Positions 14,093-23,115 of a stretch of 37,613 bases of DNA are shown piece after piece. The DNA is from Planctomycetales bacterium. Lineage in GTDB: Bacteria > Omnitrophota > Gorgyraeia > Aquiviventales > Aquiviventaceae. The DNA is taken from assembly GCA_005239935.1 (NCBI GenBank), contig SBAZ01000025.1, positions 1 to 37,613 of the forward strand. Direction: 5' to 3'. Position 1 is the first letter of the stretch, and each line of letters begins with the position of its first letter. Position numbers and translations under genes: made by a program. The notes under the pieces are model-generated. The model ran no database searches. It was given only the letters and a program-made list of their open reading frames with translations, and was not told the DNA's origin.

Positions 14093-14575
14093 TCACCCGC
14101 GGAGCCTGCGGCGCAGGGCCGCCGCGACGAACCCGGGCACGAAGGCCTCCAGATCGGCGCCGAGTTCGGCCACTTCCTTGATGAGCCGCGCGGATACGTA
14201 CGAATGCTGCTCCGAGGGCATCATGAAGATCGTCTCAACGTCCGGCCGCAGTTTCCGGTTGGTGAGCGTCATTTGAAACTCATATTCGAAGTCCGACAGC
14301 ATGCGCAGCCCGCGGATCATCACCGGGCAGCGCCGGCGCCGCGCGTAGTCCACCACCAGCCCCTCGAACGACTCGACCCGAATGCCTCCCATCGTGCCCA
14401 CCGCCCGGCGCAGCAGGCTGACGCGCTCCTCGAGTGTGAAGAGGGGGCTCTTGTCGGGGTTATGGGCGACGGCCACGATCACCTCCGGGAAGATGCGGCG
14501 GGCACGGCGGATGATGTCGATGTGCCCGAAGGTGACCGGATCAAAGGTCCCGGGGTAGATGGCCCGTTTCGTCAT
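14093..14575 (-). CDS. coaD: phosphopantetheine adenylyltransferase
   Basis: AIYPGTFDPVTFGHIDII, GLRMLSDFEYE and SARLIKEV motifs. Confidence 0.92.
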   Translation of the reverse strand: MTKRAIYPGTFDPVTFGHIDIIRRARRIFPEVIVAVAHNPDKSPLFTLEERVSLLRRAVGTMGGIRVESFEGLVVDYARRRRCPVMIRGLRMLSDFEYEFQMTLTNRKLRPDVETIFMMPSEQHSYVSARLIKEVAELGADLEAFVPGFVAAALRRRLRG

Positions 14576-15198
14576 GGGCGGTCACTCGATGGGCCTGCCG
14601 GGGTCTCCGGCCGACCATAAAAAGAGAGCACCGTATCGCCGTACCGGTGCTGTCGCTGCTGGCGCAACCCTCCAACTGCCTCGGGCAGCGCGGTTTGCAC
14701 AGGGTGCTCAAGAACCGCGAGGCCAGCGGGTGCGAGGATAGCACACTCTCCGACGACGTTCAAGGCCTTTTCCGCCTCCGGGCCGGCGTAGGGTGGGTCG
14801 CAGAAGACCAGGTCGAACGGCGGCTCGGTCTCCGCCAGGGTGCGCAGGCCCTGCGCGGCCTCCAGGTGCAGGACCCGCCAGGCGTCCCGGTCCACGTCCG
14901 GGGCCAGCCCGGCGAGGTTGTCCCGGATAGCCACGACGGCGGCCGGGTCGGACTCGATGAAGGCGGCGTAGGCCGCACCCCGCGAGAGGGCCTCAAGCCC
15001 CAGCGCGCCGCTGCCGGCGAACACGTCCACCACGCGCGCGCCCTCGATGACGTGCTGGAGAATGTTGAACAGCGCCTGCCGCACCTTGGCCTCCGTCGCC
15101 CGCAGGCTCGGCGGCACCTCGAACCGCCGTCCCCGGAACCGGCCGCCGGTGAGCCGCCCCTGCTCCGGCCGCGGCGGCACCCGGCGCGAGGGCGTCAT
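14572..15198 (-). CDS. rsmD: 16S rRNA (guanine966-N2)-methyltransferase RsmD
   Basis: ATG 15198 forms an ATGA overlap with the recG stop. RLTGGRFRGRRFEVP, VDVFAGSGALGLEALSRGA and FCDPPY motifs. Confidence 0.85.
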   Translation of the reverse strand: MTPSRRVPPRPEQGRLTGGRFRGRRFEVPPSLRATEAKVRQALFNILQHVIEGARVVDVFAGSGALGLEALSRGAAYAAFIESDPAAVVAIRDNLAGLAPDVDRDAWRVLHLEAAQGLRTLAETEPPFDLVFCDPPYAGPEAEKALNVVGECAILAPAGLAVLEHPVQTALPEAVGGLRQQRQHRYGDTVLSFYGRPETPAGPSSDRP

Positions 15199-17381
15199 GC
15201 GGTGTGCCGGCGTCCCTCGACTCCGCTCGGGACGCCGTCCCGAGCTCGTGCCGAGGGACGGCGAGCTCCCAGCAACCGGCGGCGCAGGCCCGCGACGTCC
15301 TGTCCACTGAGGGCGGGATTCGCCTGGAGGAGCGCGAAGGCCTCGGTGCGGGCCTCGTCGAGCACGCCGCGGTCGCGCGCCAAGCTCGCGATGCGGAACC
15401 GCAGCCACCCGGACTGCTGCCGGCCCAAGAGCTCTCCGGGCCCGCGCAACTCCAAGTCTTGCTCGGCGATGGCGAAGCCATCCGTCGTGCCGACAAAGGC
15501 CTCGAGGCGCCGGCGGACGGCGTCCTCCTGGGCATCGCTGACCACCAGGCACTGCGCCGGGTCCGGCCCCCGGCCGATGCGCCCGCGGAGTTGGTGCAGC
15601 TGGGCGAGCCCGAACCGCTCCGGATGCTCGACGACCATGAGGGTTGCGTTGGACACGTCCAAGCCGACCTCGACGATCACCGTCGAGACCAGCAGGTGGA
15701 ACTCCCGGCGCACAAAGGCCTGCATGATGCGGTCTTTCTCCTCCCCAGGCATCTGGCCGTGGAGCAGCCCCACGGCGAATTCGGGAAAGACCGCCTGCAG
15801 CCGCTTGGCCATCGCGGTGGCCCCCCGGACCGCTTCGCGTTCATCATCCTTCACGCGCGGGTACACGATATAGGCCTGGCGTCCGCGCGCCGCCTCGCGG
15901 CGGATCAGGCCGTACAGCTCCTCACGCTGGGTTTCGCGCAGCCAGCGGGTCGTGACCGGTTGGCGGCCAGGCGGCATCTCGGAGATTGTGGAGATCGCCA
16001 GGTCCCCGTAGAGTGACAGGGCCAGGGTCCGCGGGATGGGCGTCGCGGTCACGACCAGAACGTCCGGTTCCTGCGCCTTGCGGGCGAGCCGGGCGCGCTG
16101 CACCACGCCGAACTTGTGCTGTTCGTCGATGAGCACGAGGGCGAGGCGCTTGAACGCCACCCCGCGCTGAATGAGCGCGTGCGTGCCGACCACCACCTGG
16201 ATTGTCCCATCGGCGATTCGGGCCGCCAGCCGGCGCCGCTCCGCCGCGGGTACACCCTGGGCCAGGAGTGCGGCGCTCACGCCGAGCGGTTCCAGGTAGT
16301 GGGCGATGGTCCGCCGGTGCTGCTCGGCCAGCAGTTCCGTCGGTGCCATCAGGGCCGCCTGATACCCGCTTTGCACCGCGACGGCCAACAGGGAGACCAA
16401 GACAATGGTCTTGCCGCAGCCGACATCGCCCTGCAGCAGCCGCGACATGGGGGCGGCTTGGGCCAGGTCGGCCAGCAGTTCGTCGAGGACCTGCGACTGG
16501 CTCGCGGTCAACGCGAAGGGCAGCGAGGCGCGGAGGCGCCGCGTGACCGGCCCGTCCAGCTGATACCGCTGGGGTTTGACTCTGGCCTGCGTGCGCACGC
16601 GCCGCTGGGCCAGCAGGGCCTGCAGCAGGAAGAGCTCGGCGAAGGCGAGCGACTCTCGCGCCCGCTCCAGGGCATCCCACGAGGGCGGGAAGTGGAGTGT
16701 GCGCACCGCCTCGTCCACGGAGGGCCAGCCGCGGGCGGCCCGGATTCGCGCCGGCAGGACATCGTCCAGCCGTCCGGCGGCTTGCTCGACGACGCCGGCC
16801 ACGAGCCGACGCAGCCAGCGCTGCCCCACGCTGGCGGTCAGCGGGTACACGGGCACGATGCGGCCCAGGTGGAGCGCGGGGTCCTCATCCGCGTCAAGCC
16901 GCTCGAACTCTGGATGGATCATCTGGGGGCGCGCGGCCTCGCCGATCGTGCCGTAGAGGATCAGGTCGTCATCCTTGCGGATCTGCCGGGCGAGATACGG
17001 CATGTGGAACCAGAGGCAGGAGAGGACCCCGGTGCCATCGTCCACCGCCGCCTCGAAGATCGCCTGCCCACGCCGCGCGCGGCGCAGGCCGGCCGCCGCG
17101 ACCCGCCCGCGCACCGTGGCGACGACCCCGGGGGCGAGGTCCTTGATCGCCAGCAGGCGGGTGCGGTCCTCATAGCGCCGCGGGGCAAAGTAGCAGGCAT
17201 CCTCCACCGTGCGGAGTCCCAGGTGGGCCAGCGCGGCGGCCCGGGACGGCCCCACCCCCTTGCAGTAGCGCAGGGGCTGCTCGTCCGGCGGCGGCTGAGG
17301 GCCTCCCGCCCGGCCGGCGGTTTCACGGGGCGCCGCTGCCGCCGGACGCCTCGGCGTCGGGGGCACTTGAGTGGTCGTCAT
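15195..17381 (-). CDS. recG: ATP-dependent DNA helicase RecG
   Basis: Helicase motifs LLQGDVGCGKT, LIDEQHKFGV, TATPIPRT and QLRGRIGRG. Wedge-region RYEDRT. Start set at ATG 17381 (MTTTQVPP...). The ORF extension to 17492 runs through repeat DNA. Confidence 0.88.
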   Translation of the reverse strand: MTTTQVPPTPRRPAAAAPRETAGRAGGPQPPPDEQPLRYCKGVGPSRAAALAHLGLRTVEDACYFAPRRYEDRTRLLAIKDLAPGVVATVRGRVAAAGLRRARRGQAIFEAAVDDGTGVLSCLWFHMPYLARQIRKDDDLILYGTIGEAARPQMIHPEFERLDADEDPALHLGRIVPVYPLTASVGQRWLRRLVAGVVEQAAGRLDDVLPARIRAARGWPSVDEAVRTLHFPPSWDALERARESLAFAELFLLQALLAQRRVRTQARVKPQRYQLDGPVTRRLRASLPFALTASQSQVLDELLADLAQAAPMSRLLQGDVGCGKTIVLVSLLAVAVQSGYQAALMAPTELLAEQHRRTIAHYLEPLGVSAALLAQGVPAAERRRLAARIADGTIQVVVGTHALIQRGVAFKRLALVLIDEQHKFGVVQRARLARKAQEPDVLVVTATPIPRTLALSLYGDLAISTISEMPPGRQPVTTRWLRETQREELYGLIRREAARGRQAYIVYPRVKDDEREAVRGATAMAKRLQAVFPEFAVGLLHGQMPGEEKDRIMQAFVRREFHLLVSTVIVEVGLDVSNATLMVVEHPERFGLAQLHQLRGRIGRGPDPAQCLVVSDAQEDAVRRRLEAFVGTTDGFAIAEQDLELRGPGELLGRQQSGWLRFRIASLARDRGVLDEARTEAFALLQANPALSGQDVAGLRRRLLGARRPSARARDGVPSGVEGRRHTA
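15209..15262. repeat. two overlapping copies of a second palindromic repeat family, lying inside the recG 3' end
   Basis: GGCGTCCC-TCGACTCCGCTC-GGGACGCC (15209..15236) and GCCGTCCC-GAGCTCGTGCCGA-GGGACGGC (15234..15262). The first is near-identical to 17441..17468. Confidence 0.75.
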
Positions 17382-17395
17382 GGGGTGTGTATAAT
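17367..17395 (+). promoter_or_regulatory. sigma70-type promoter for rpmB
   Basis: TTGAGT (17367..17372), 17 nt, TATAAT (17390..17395). The same AT-rich block read on the minus strand gives TATACA 6 nt before the recG ATG. Confidence 0.6.
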
Positions 17396-17440
17396 GGCGG
17401 CTCTCGTGGAGCAGCCCGGGAAAACTCCGGGCCATGTCTC

Positions 17441-17468
17441 GTCGTCCCTCGACTTCGCTCGGGACGAC
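17441..17468. repeat. palindromic repeat GTCGTCCC-TCGACTTCGCTC-GGGACGAC
   Basis: 8-bp arms and a 12-nt loop, in the same orientation as 15209..15236 with nearly the same sequence. An inverted partial copy CCGAGCGAGGGA lies at 17494..17505. Confidence 0.75.
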
Positions 17469-17563
17469 CCCTCGACAGCCTCTCGGCGACACCCCGAGCG
17501 AGGGATCCTCGGCATGGCTCGATACCCGAGTCGAGGGGTCGTCAACGACCCACAGGAGCCATC

Positions 17564-17818
17564 ATGCGCGCGTGTGCCATCTGCGGGAAGCACCAGGCCA
17601 TCGGGCGGGCGGTCACCCACCGCGGCATGTTGAAGAAGAAGGGCGGCGTCGGCCGCCGAACGGTCCGCACGAGCCTACGGCGCTTCCTGCCGAACCTGCA
17701 GCCCGCGACCGTGCTGCTCAACGGGCGCGTCCAACGCGTGCGCGTCTGCACGCGGTGCCTGCGCAACGGGCGTGTTGTTAAGGCGCCGGTGCGCTCGCGT
17801 CAACCAGCGTCAGCATAA
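17564..17818 (+). CDS. rpmB: 50S ribosomal protein L28
   Basis: ATG 17564 preceded by AGGAG. MRACAICGKHQAIGRAVTHRG...FLPNLQ...VCTRCLRNGRV. Confidence 0.88.
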   Translation: MRACAICGKHQAIGRAVTHRGMLKKKGGVGRRTVRTSLRRFLPNLQPATVLLNGRVQRVRVCTRCLRNGRVVKAPVRSRQPASA

Positions 17819-19412
17819 CCTCGCCCCGCGCCAGGCACGGCGCGGCCACCACGTCACACCGGCCCGCCGGTGCCTCTGCCAGCAGCCGTCCGCGCGCAGG
17901 CATCGTCAGATCTCCGTCGCGCACCCAGCCGGTCTGCATCGACCGCGCCTCCAGGACGACATCCCGGATCAGCACCGTGGGCCGCGCGTTGCCGCGCCCG
18001 AAGGGCGCAAAGCGCTCCACCTCACCCACCCAGCCGACTTCGACGTCCCGCAGGCGCACGGCGAGGTCCGCCGTGCGGCGCGGGGCGGCCAGCCCCTGCT
18101 GGAGGGCCGCCTGCGCCCGCGCATTGAGCGCCGCGCGCAGGCCCGCGAGGTGATCCTTCCGCACCATCAGCCCGCACGCTTGGGCGTGCCCGCCGAACTG
18201 GACCAGATGCTCCTGGCAGCCTTGCAAGGCGTCCAGCAGGTTGAACATCGGGACCGAGCGGCCTGACCCCACGCCCGCATCATCGCGCAGCGCGAGCGCG
18301 ATGGCCGGACGGCCGTAGCGTTCCGCCAATTGCGAGGCCAGCGGCCCCATCAGGCCTTGGTGCCAGTCCGACCCGCTCACGACGAGCACGTACTCGTCAC
18401 GGAAATGCAGCCGGTTGACCTGTTCGTGCGCCTCGTCCACATGCCGCCGGTGCAGGGCCCGCGTCCGCGCGTGATCCTCCGTCACACGGCGCATCCATGG
18501 TGACAGATCCTCCCCGTCCTCGCCGCGCAGCAGGTGCCACACCGCGGCCGCATCGCCCAGCCGCCCGCCGGCATTGAGCGGCGGAATGACCTTGCGCACG
18601 ACCTGCTCCGTCGAGGGACCCGTCAGGCCGGCCGCCGCGCACAGCGCCCGCAGGCCGGGCCGTCGGCTCCCGCCGATGCGGGGCAGGCCCTCGGCGACCA
18701 GGATCCGCGTGTCGCCCGTCAGCGGCGAGCAATCCGCGAGCACCCCCAGCGCCGCCAGATCGAGGAGGCCGGCGAGTCGCTCGCCGTCCTCTTCAAGGAG
18801 GGCTTGCGCGACCTTGAAGGCGAGTCCGGCACTCGAGAGCTCACGGCCAGGCCCGTCGCCCGCATACGGATTGACCAGGGCGTGCGGTGCCGCACTGGGA
18901 GCGATCGGCACGTGGTGGTCCACGATGATCGTGTCGATGCCGGCTGCCGCGAGGGTGCGGACCGCCTCGGGCTGGTTCGTGCCGCAGTCCACGAGCATGA
19001 CCAGCCGCACGGCCGAGTGCGCGAGTTGGCGCACGCGGGCCATGGGCAGGCCGTAGCCGTCCGCGATGCGGTTCGAGTGGACCGACCGCACCGCGCCGCC
19101 CAGCGCGCGCAGCGTCTCCTCCAAAATCGCGGCGGCCGTGAGGCCGTCCACGTCGGAGTCAGAGAAAATGAGGATGGGCTCGCGCGCCCGCAGGGCGGCC
19201 CGGAGGCGTACCACCGCCCGGGCCATGTCCGGCAGGGCCAGTGGATCCATGAGGGCGTGCAGACTGGGGGCGAGGAACTGCTGCGCGGCCTCGGGGGTGT
19301 CGAGGCCGCGGTTGAGGAGGCACTGCGCGGTCAGCCGGTGCACGCCCAGCGCCCGGGCCAGCATCCGGGCTGCTGCTGGGGCCGCTGCTGCAATCTGCCA
19401 GATCGCGCGCAT
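17778..19412 (-). CDS. recJ: single-stranded-DNA-specific exonuclease RecJ
   Basis: DHH motifs IFSDSDVDGLTAAAIL, VDCG and IIVDHH. DHHA1 GGHAQACG. Confidence 0.88.
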   Translation of the reverse strand: MRAIWQIAAAAPAAARMLARALGVHRLTAQCLLNRGLDTPEAAQQFLAPSLHALMDPLALPDMARAVVRLRAALRAREPILIFSDSDVDGLTAAAILEETLRALGGAVRSVHSNRIADGYGLPMARVRQLAHSAVRLVMLVDCGTNQPEAVRTLAAAGIDTIIVDHHVPIAPSAAPHALVNPYAGDGPGRELSSAGLAFKVAQALLEEDGERLAGLLDLAALGVLADCSPLTGDTRILVAEGLPRIGGSRRPGLRALCAAAGLTGPSTEQVVRKVIPPLNAGGRLGDAAAVWHLLRGEDGEDLSPWMRRVTEDHARTRALHRRHVDEAHEQVNRLHFRDEYVLVVSGSDWHQGLMGPLASQLAERYGRPAIALALRDDAGVGSGRSVPMFNLLDALQGCQEHLVQFGGHAQACGLMVRKDHLAGLRAALNARAQAALQQGLAAPRRTADLAVRLRDVEVGWVGEVERFAPFGRGNARPTVLIRDVVLEARSMQTGWVRDGDLTMPARGRLLAEAPAGRCDVVAAPCLARGEVMLTLVDASAPAP

Positions 19413-19430
19413 GGACCGCCGCTGGAGACC

Positions 19431-21632
19431 TTACGCCCTCCGCGGCTCGAAGAGCCGCCGCCACGTGATGACGAGCGCCGAGGCGATATACACCGTCGAG
19501 TAGACGCCGGAGACGAAGCCGATGAGCAGACACAAGGAGAAGTCCCGCAGCACTTCCCCGCCGGCGAAGAACAGGATCACCACGGTGAGGATGACCGTCA
19601 GCGACGTCAACAGCGTGCGGGAGAGGGTCTCGTTCACGCTGAGGTTGATGACATCGAGCAGCGGCAGCTTGCGGTGCAGGCGCAGGTTCTCGCGGACCCG
19701 ATCGTAGATGACGATGGTGTCATTGACCGAGAACCCAGCGATCGTCAGGAGCGCGGCCACAATGATCAGGTCAATCTGCCGGCCCAAGAGGCATAGCACC
19801 CCCGCAGCGACGATGACATCGTGGATCAGCGCGATCACCGCGGCCAGGCCGAAGTCGACGTGTCGGAACCGGAACGCCACATAGACCAGGATCCCCACCA
19901 TGGACCAGAGGATCGCGAACCAGGCCTTTTGGCGCAGAATGGCTCCGACCGTCGGTCCGACCCGCTCGACGCGCACCAATTCCGGCGGGCCAGCCGCGGA
20001 GTGGTCGGCGGTCAGCGCCTCCCGCGTCAGCGCCAGCGTCTGCTGGACCTCCGTCTCGGTCTGCCCCGGAGTGCGGATGAGCCATTCGGCAGGACCGCCA
20101 AACTGCTGGATGACGGCGTCTCCCAGCCCCACCTTCCCCATGGTCGCGCGCAGCGCATCCGCAGCTACCGGCTCCGCGAGCCGGTACTCCTGCAGCAGGC
20201 CTCCGGTGAAATCGATGCCGTAGCGGGCCTCCCCACGCGAGACAAACGCCGCCACTCCCGCGGCAATGACGAGTGCTGAGAGCACATAGCAGAGCCTGCG
20301 TTTGGCGATGAAATCGATCTTCGTCGCCCCGATGGCCTGCAGCATCGGCAGTCTCTTGAGCAGCCCTTGGCTGAGGAGCCATTCGAAGATCAGCCGGGTG
20401 ACGAAGATCGCCGTGAACATGCTGGCGGAGATCCCGATGCCGAGCGTCGTGGCGAACCCCCGGATGGGGCCGGTTCCGAACCAGTACAGGAAGAAGGCCG
20501 CAAACAAGGTCGTCACATTCGAGTCCAGAATCGCCGAGAAGGCCTTGTCGTAGCCCGCGCTCAGCGCCAGGCTCAGCGGCCGTCCGGTCCGCACCTCCTC
20601 CCGGATGCGCTCGTAGATGAGCACGTTGGCATCGACCGCCATGCCGAGCGTCAGTAGGATGCCCGCGATGCCCGGCAGGGTCAAGGTCGCGCTGAGATAT
20701 CCGAGGCCACCCAGGACGAGGAGCAGATTCAGGACGAGGGCGGTGACGGCGATCACGCCGGCGAGCAGATAGTAGACGATCATGAAGACGACGACCAGCG
20801 CACCGCCGACTGCCGTGGCGAGGACGCCGGAGCGGATGGAATCCCGCCCGAGGCTTGGGCCGACGGTGCGCTCCTCCTCGATGGCGATCGGCGCAGGCAA
20901 CGCACCGGCCCGCAGCACAATGGCCAGGTCGTGGGCCTCCGCGCGGGTGAACTGCCCTGTGATGCGCCCCGCGTCCGTAATGCGGCTCTGGATCACCGGG
21001 GCCGATTGCACGATCCCGTCCAGGACGATGGCCAGGCGGCGGTTGAGGTTGGATCCGGTGAGCCGCCCGAACGTGCGGGCCCCGTCGCGCGTCATGCGGA
21101 AACTGACTTCCGGCAGTCCCAAGTCGCCCGGCTCCACCCAGGCGTCCGCCAGGATGCCGCCAGTGAGGCGATCCGCCTCCTCCAGCAGGAGTGGATCGCC
21201 GGTCTCATCGTAGGCGAGCGTATGGCCCTCCGGCACGGTCCCGTCCAGGGCGCGCTCCAGCAGGCGCTGGCTGTCCGCGACAAGTTTGAATTCGAGGAGG
21301 GCCGTCTGCCCGATGAGCTTGAGGGCCCGCTCCCGATCGGTGATGCCGGGCAGCTGCACCAGGATGTGGTCGGTGCCCTGGCGCTGGATGAGCGGCTCAC
21401 GCACGCCGAACTGGTCAATGCGGTTGCGGATGATCTCGAGCGCCACCCCTGTCACGTCCTGCTTGAGCGCCTCCGGCGGCAGGTTGGTGGTGTCGACCTT
21501 GAGGATGAGGTGCATCCCGCCCTGCAGGTCGAGTCCGAGGTTGATCCGTTCCGAGAGCGGGAAGGCGAACCAGACGGCGAGGCCGACGACGACCGCCACG
21601 AGCGGGATTTTCCAGCGGAAGCTGGAGGGCAT
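19431..21632 (-). CDS. secDF: fused protein translocase subunit SecDF
   Basis: 733 aa. The SecD part (LGLDLQGGMHL, 6 TM) is followed by a SecF part (YGIDFTGG, second 6-TM block) in one ORF. Confidence 0.9.
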   Translation of the reverse strand: MPSSFRWKIPLVAVVVGLAVWFAFPLSERINLGLDLQGGMHLILKVDTTNLPPEALKQDVTGVALEIIRNRIDQFGVREPLIQRQGTDHILVQLPGITDRERALKLIGQTALLEFKLVADSQRLLERALDGTVPEGHTLAYDETGDPLLLEEADRLTGGILADAWVEPGDLGLPEVSFRMTRDGARTFGRLTGSNLNRRLAIVLDGIVQSAPVIQSRITDAGRITGQFTRAEAHDLAIVLRAGALPAPIAIEEERTVGPSLGRDSIRSGVLATAVGGALVVVFMIVYYLLAGVIAVTALVLNLLLVLGGLGYLSATLTLPGIAGILLTLGMAVDANVLIYERIREEVRTGRPLSLALSAGYDKAFSAILDSNVTTLFAAFFLYWFGTGPIRGFATTLGIGISASMFTAIFVTRLIFEWLLSQGLLKRLPMLQAIGATKIDFIAKRRLCYVLSALVIAAGVAAFVSRGEARYGIDFTGGLLQEYRLAEPVAADALRATMGKVGLGDAVIQQFGGPAEWLIRTPGQTETEVQQTLALTREALTADHSAAGPPELVRVERVGPTVGAILRQKAWFAILWSMVGILVYVAFRFRHVDFGLAAVIALIHDVIVAAGVLCLLGRQIDLIIVAALLTIAGFSVNDTIVIYDRVRENLRLHRKLPLLDVINLSVNETLSRTLLTSLTVILTVVILFFAGGEVLRDFSLCLLIGFVSGVYSTVYIASALVITWRRLFEPRRA

Positions 21633-21940
21633 CAGCCGGTCGTCTCCCCGCCCTGGGCGCGCTTCACGAGCCGTGTCACCGCCGAGCGCTCGACATCCAC
21701 GCGGACGTTTTCATCCAGGCGCAGGGTGACCCGGTCCGGCTTGACGTTCACGACGGTGCCGAACAGCCCCCCCGTCGTGACCACTTCGTCGTGCTTCTTG
21801 AGCTGCTTGAGCATCTGGTCGTGCTCCTTCCGCGCCTTGGCCTGCGGACGGAACACCAGCACATAGAAGATCAAGAACATGACCGCGATCGGGAAGAGCA
21901 TCGCGAACGGTCCTGGGGCGGCAGCACCTGGCTCGGGCAT
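21632..21940 (-). CDS. yajC: preprotein translocase subunit YajC
   Basis: FLIFYVLVFRPQAKARKEHDQMLKQLKKHDEVVTTGGLFGTVV pattern. 1-nt overlaps at both ends. Confidence 0.88.
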   Translation of the reverse strand: MPEPGAAAPGPFAMLFPIAVMFLIFYVLVFRPQAKARKEHDQMLKQLKKHDEVVTTGGLFGTVVNVKPDRVTLRLDENVRVDVERSAVTRLVKRAQGGETTG

Positions 21941-23115
21941 TACGGACCTCCTCGCGCCACGTCAATCGGTTCGGTCGTCAGGCGGGCAATGTCCGCCAGC
22001 GTTGCTCCGGGGTAGTAGTAGGCGAGGATTTGCGCGGCGGTCCAGCCGCGTCGGGCCAGCTCGGCCGCGCCCCACTGGCACAGGCCGACGCCGTGCCCCC
22101 AGCCATGGCCCTGGACGACGAAGGCGTCCGCCAGCGGGACGATCGTGAGCAGCGGGCTGCGGATGGTCTCAAAGCCAAACACCGATCGGAACTCGTAGCC
22201 GCTCAGGGTCAGGGTCCGGTCTCCGATGATGGCGATCTGCTCGGCGCGTCCCGAGGGCGTGCGCTTTACGACGCGCATGCCGCGCACCGGACCCACCGGC
22301 CCGAACCGGCTCTGGCGGAGCGCCCAGTTCACGTCCGCCCTGGTGAGCCGCCGCTGCCAGCTGAAGAAGGGCGAGGCCTGGCAGAACGTGCACTCGATGT
22401 TGCCCCGCAACGGCCGCACCTCGAATGTCCCCATCGCCAGGCCGTGCTCGGTCCGACCGCCGCACGTCGAGTGGTAGAAGGTCGGGAAGAGCCGGGATCC
22501 CTCCAGCACGATCCAGCCGGCGGTCGCCGCGACCGCTCGGTCCGTGGCGTCCTTCTCCGCAGCGTGGCCGCCGTAGTCCTGCGACATGACGTCGCCGCTT
22601 ACGTCGTAGGCCTGCTGCTCCTTCGTGAAGCGCTGGTACACGGCGTATGTGCGCGCCGCCACGGCGATAGCCTTGAGCGCCTCCTCCGGCCAGTAGTCGG
22701 GGGCTTCCTTACTGAGCACCCCGCGCAGGTAATCTTCCAGCGCCACGTGGTTGATGACGAGGAGTCGCCCGTCGTCTTGCCGAACGATTTCGAGGCGACC
22801 CCGCAGCCGACTGCCATTGACGTCGATCGAGGCCTCGCGGCCCGGTTCGAGCCGCACCCCGGCCACCGGCAAGACCTCGTCGCCGAAGCGCAGCCCCCCA
22901 TCGCCGGCCCGCACGGCGGTCTGGCGCAGCCGGCGGCCCTCCTGTAGCGGCTGACCGCTCTGCGCGTCACTCATGGTCCAGCGCCCGTGCACTTCGACCA
23001 GGACTTCCGGCCCGTCCCGCACGACCGCGACCCGGATCGACTCCGGGTTCGGCTGGGCGGCCACGGACACCGGCCCTGCGGCGAGTGCGAGCAGGCACGC
23101 CACGACGCGGCGCAT
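21940..23115 (-). CDS. SpoIID/LytB domain protein (secreted)
   Basis: ATG 23115 (MRRVVACLLALAAGPVSVAAQ signal peptide). Blocks EALKAIAVAARTYA, FYHSTCGGRTE and GHGWGHGVGLCQWGA. Confidence 0.85.
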   Translation of the reverse strand: MRRVVACLLALAAGPVSVAAQPNPESIRVAVVRDGPEVLVEVHGRWTMSDAQSGQPLQEGRRLRQTAVRAGDGGLRFGDEVLPVAGVRLEPGREASIDVNGSRLRGRLEIVRQDDGRLLVINHVALEDYLRGVLSKEAPDYWPEEALKAIAVAARTYAVYQRFTKEQQAYDVSGDVMSQDYGGHAAEKDATDRAVAATAGWIVLEGSRLFPTFYHSTCGGRTEHGLAMGTFEVRPLRGNIECTFCQASPFFSWQRRLTRADVNWALRQSRFGPVGPVRGMRVVKRTPSGRAEQIAIIGDRTLTLSGYEFRSVFGFETIRSPLLTIVPLADAFVVQGHGWGHGVGLCQWGAAELARRGWTAAQILAYYYPGATLADIARLTTEPIDVARGGP

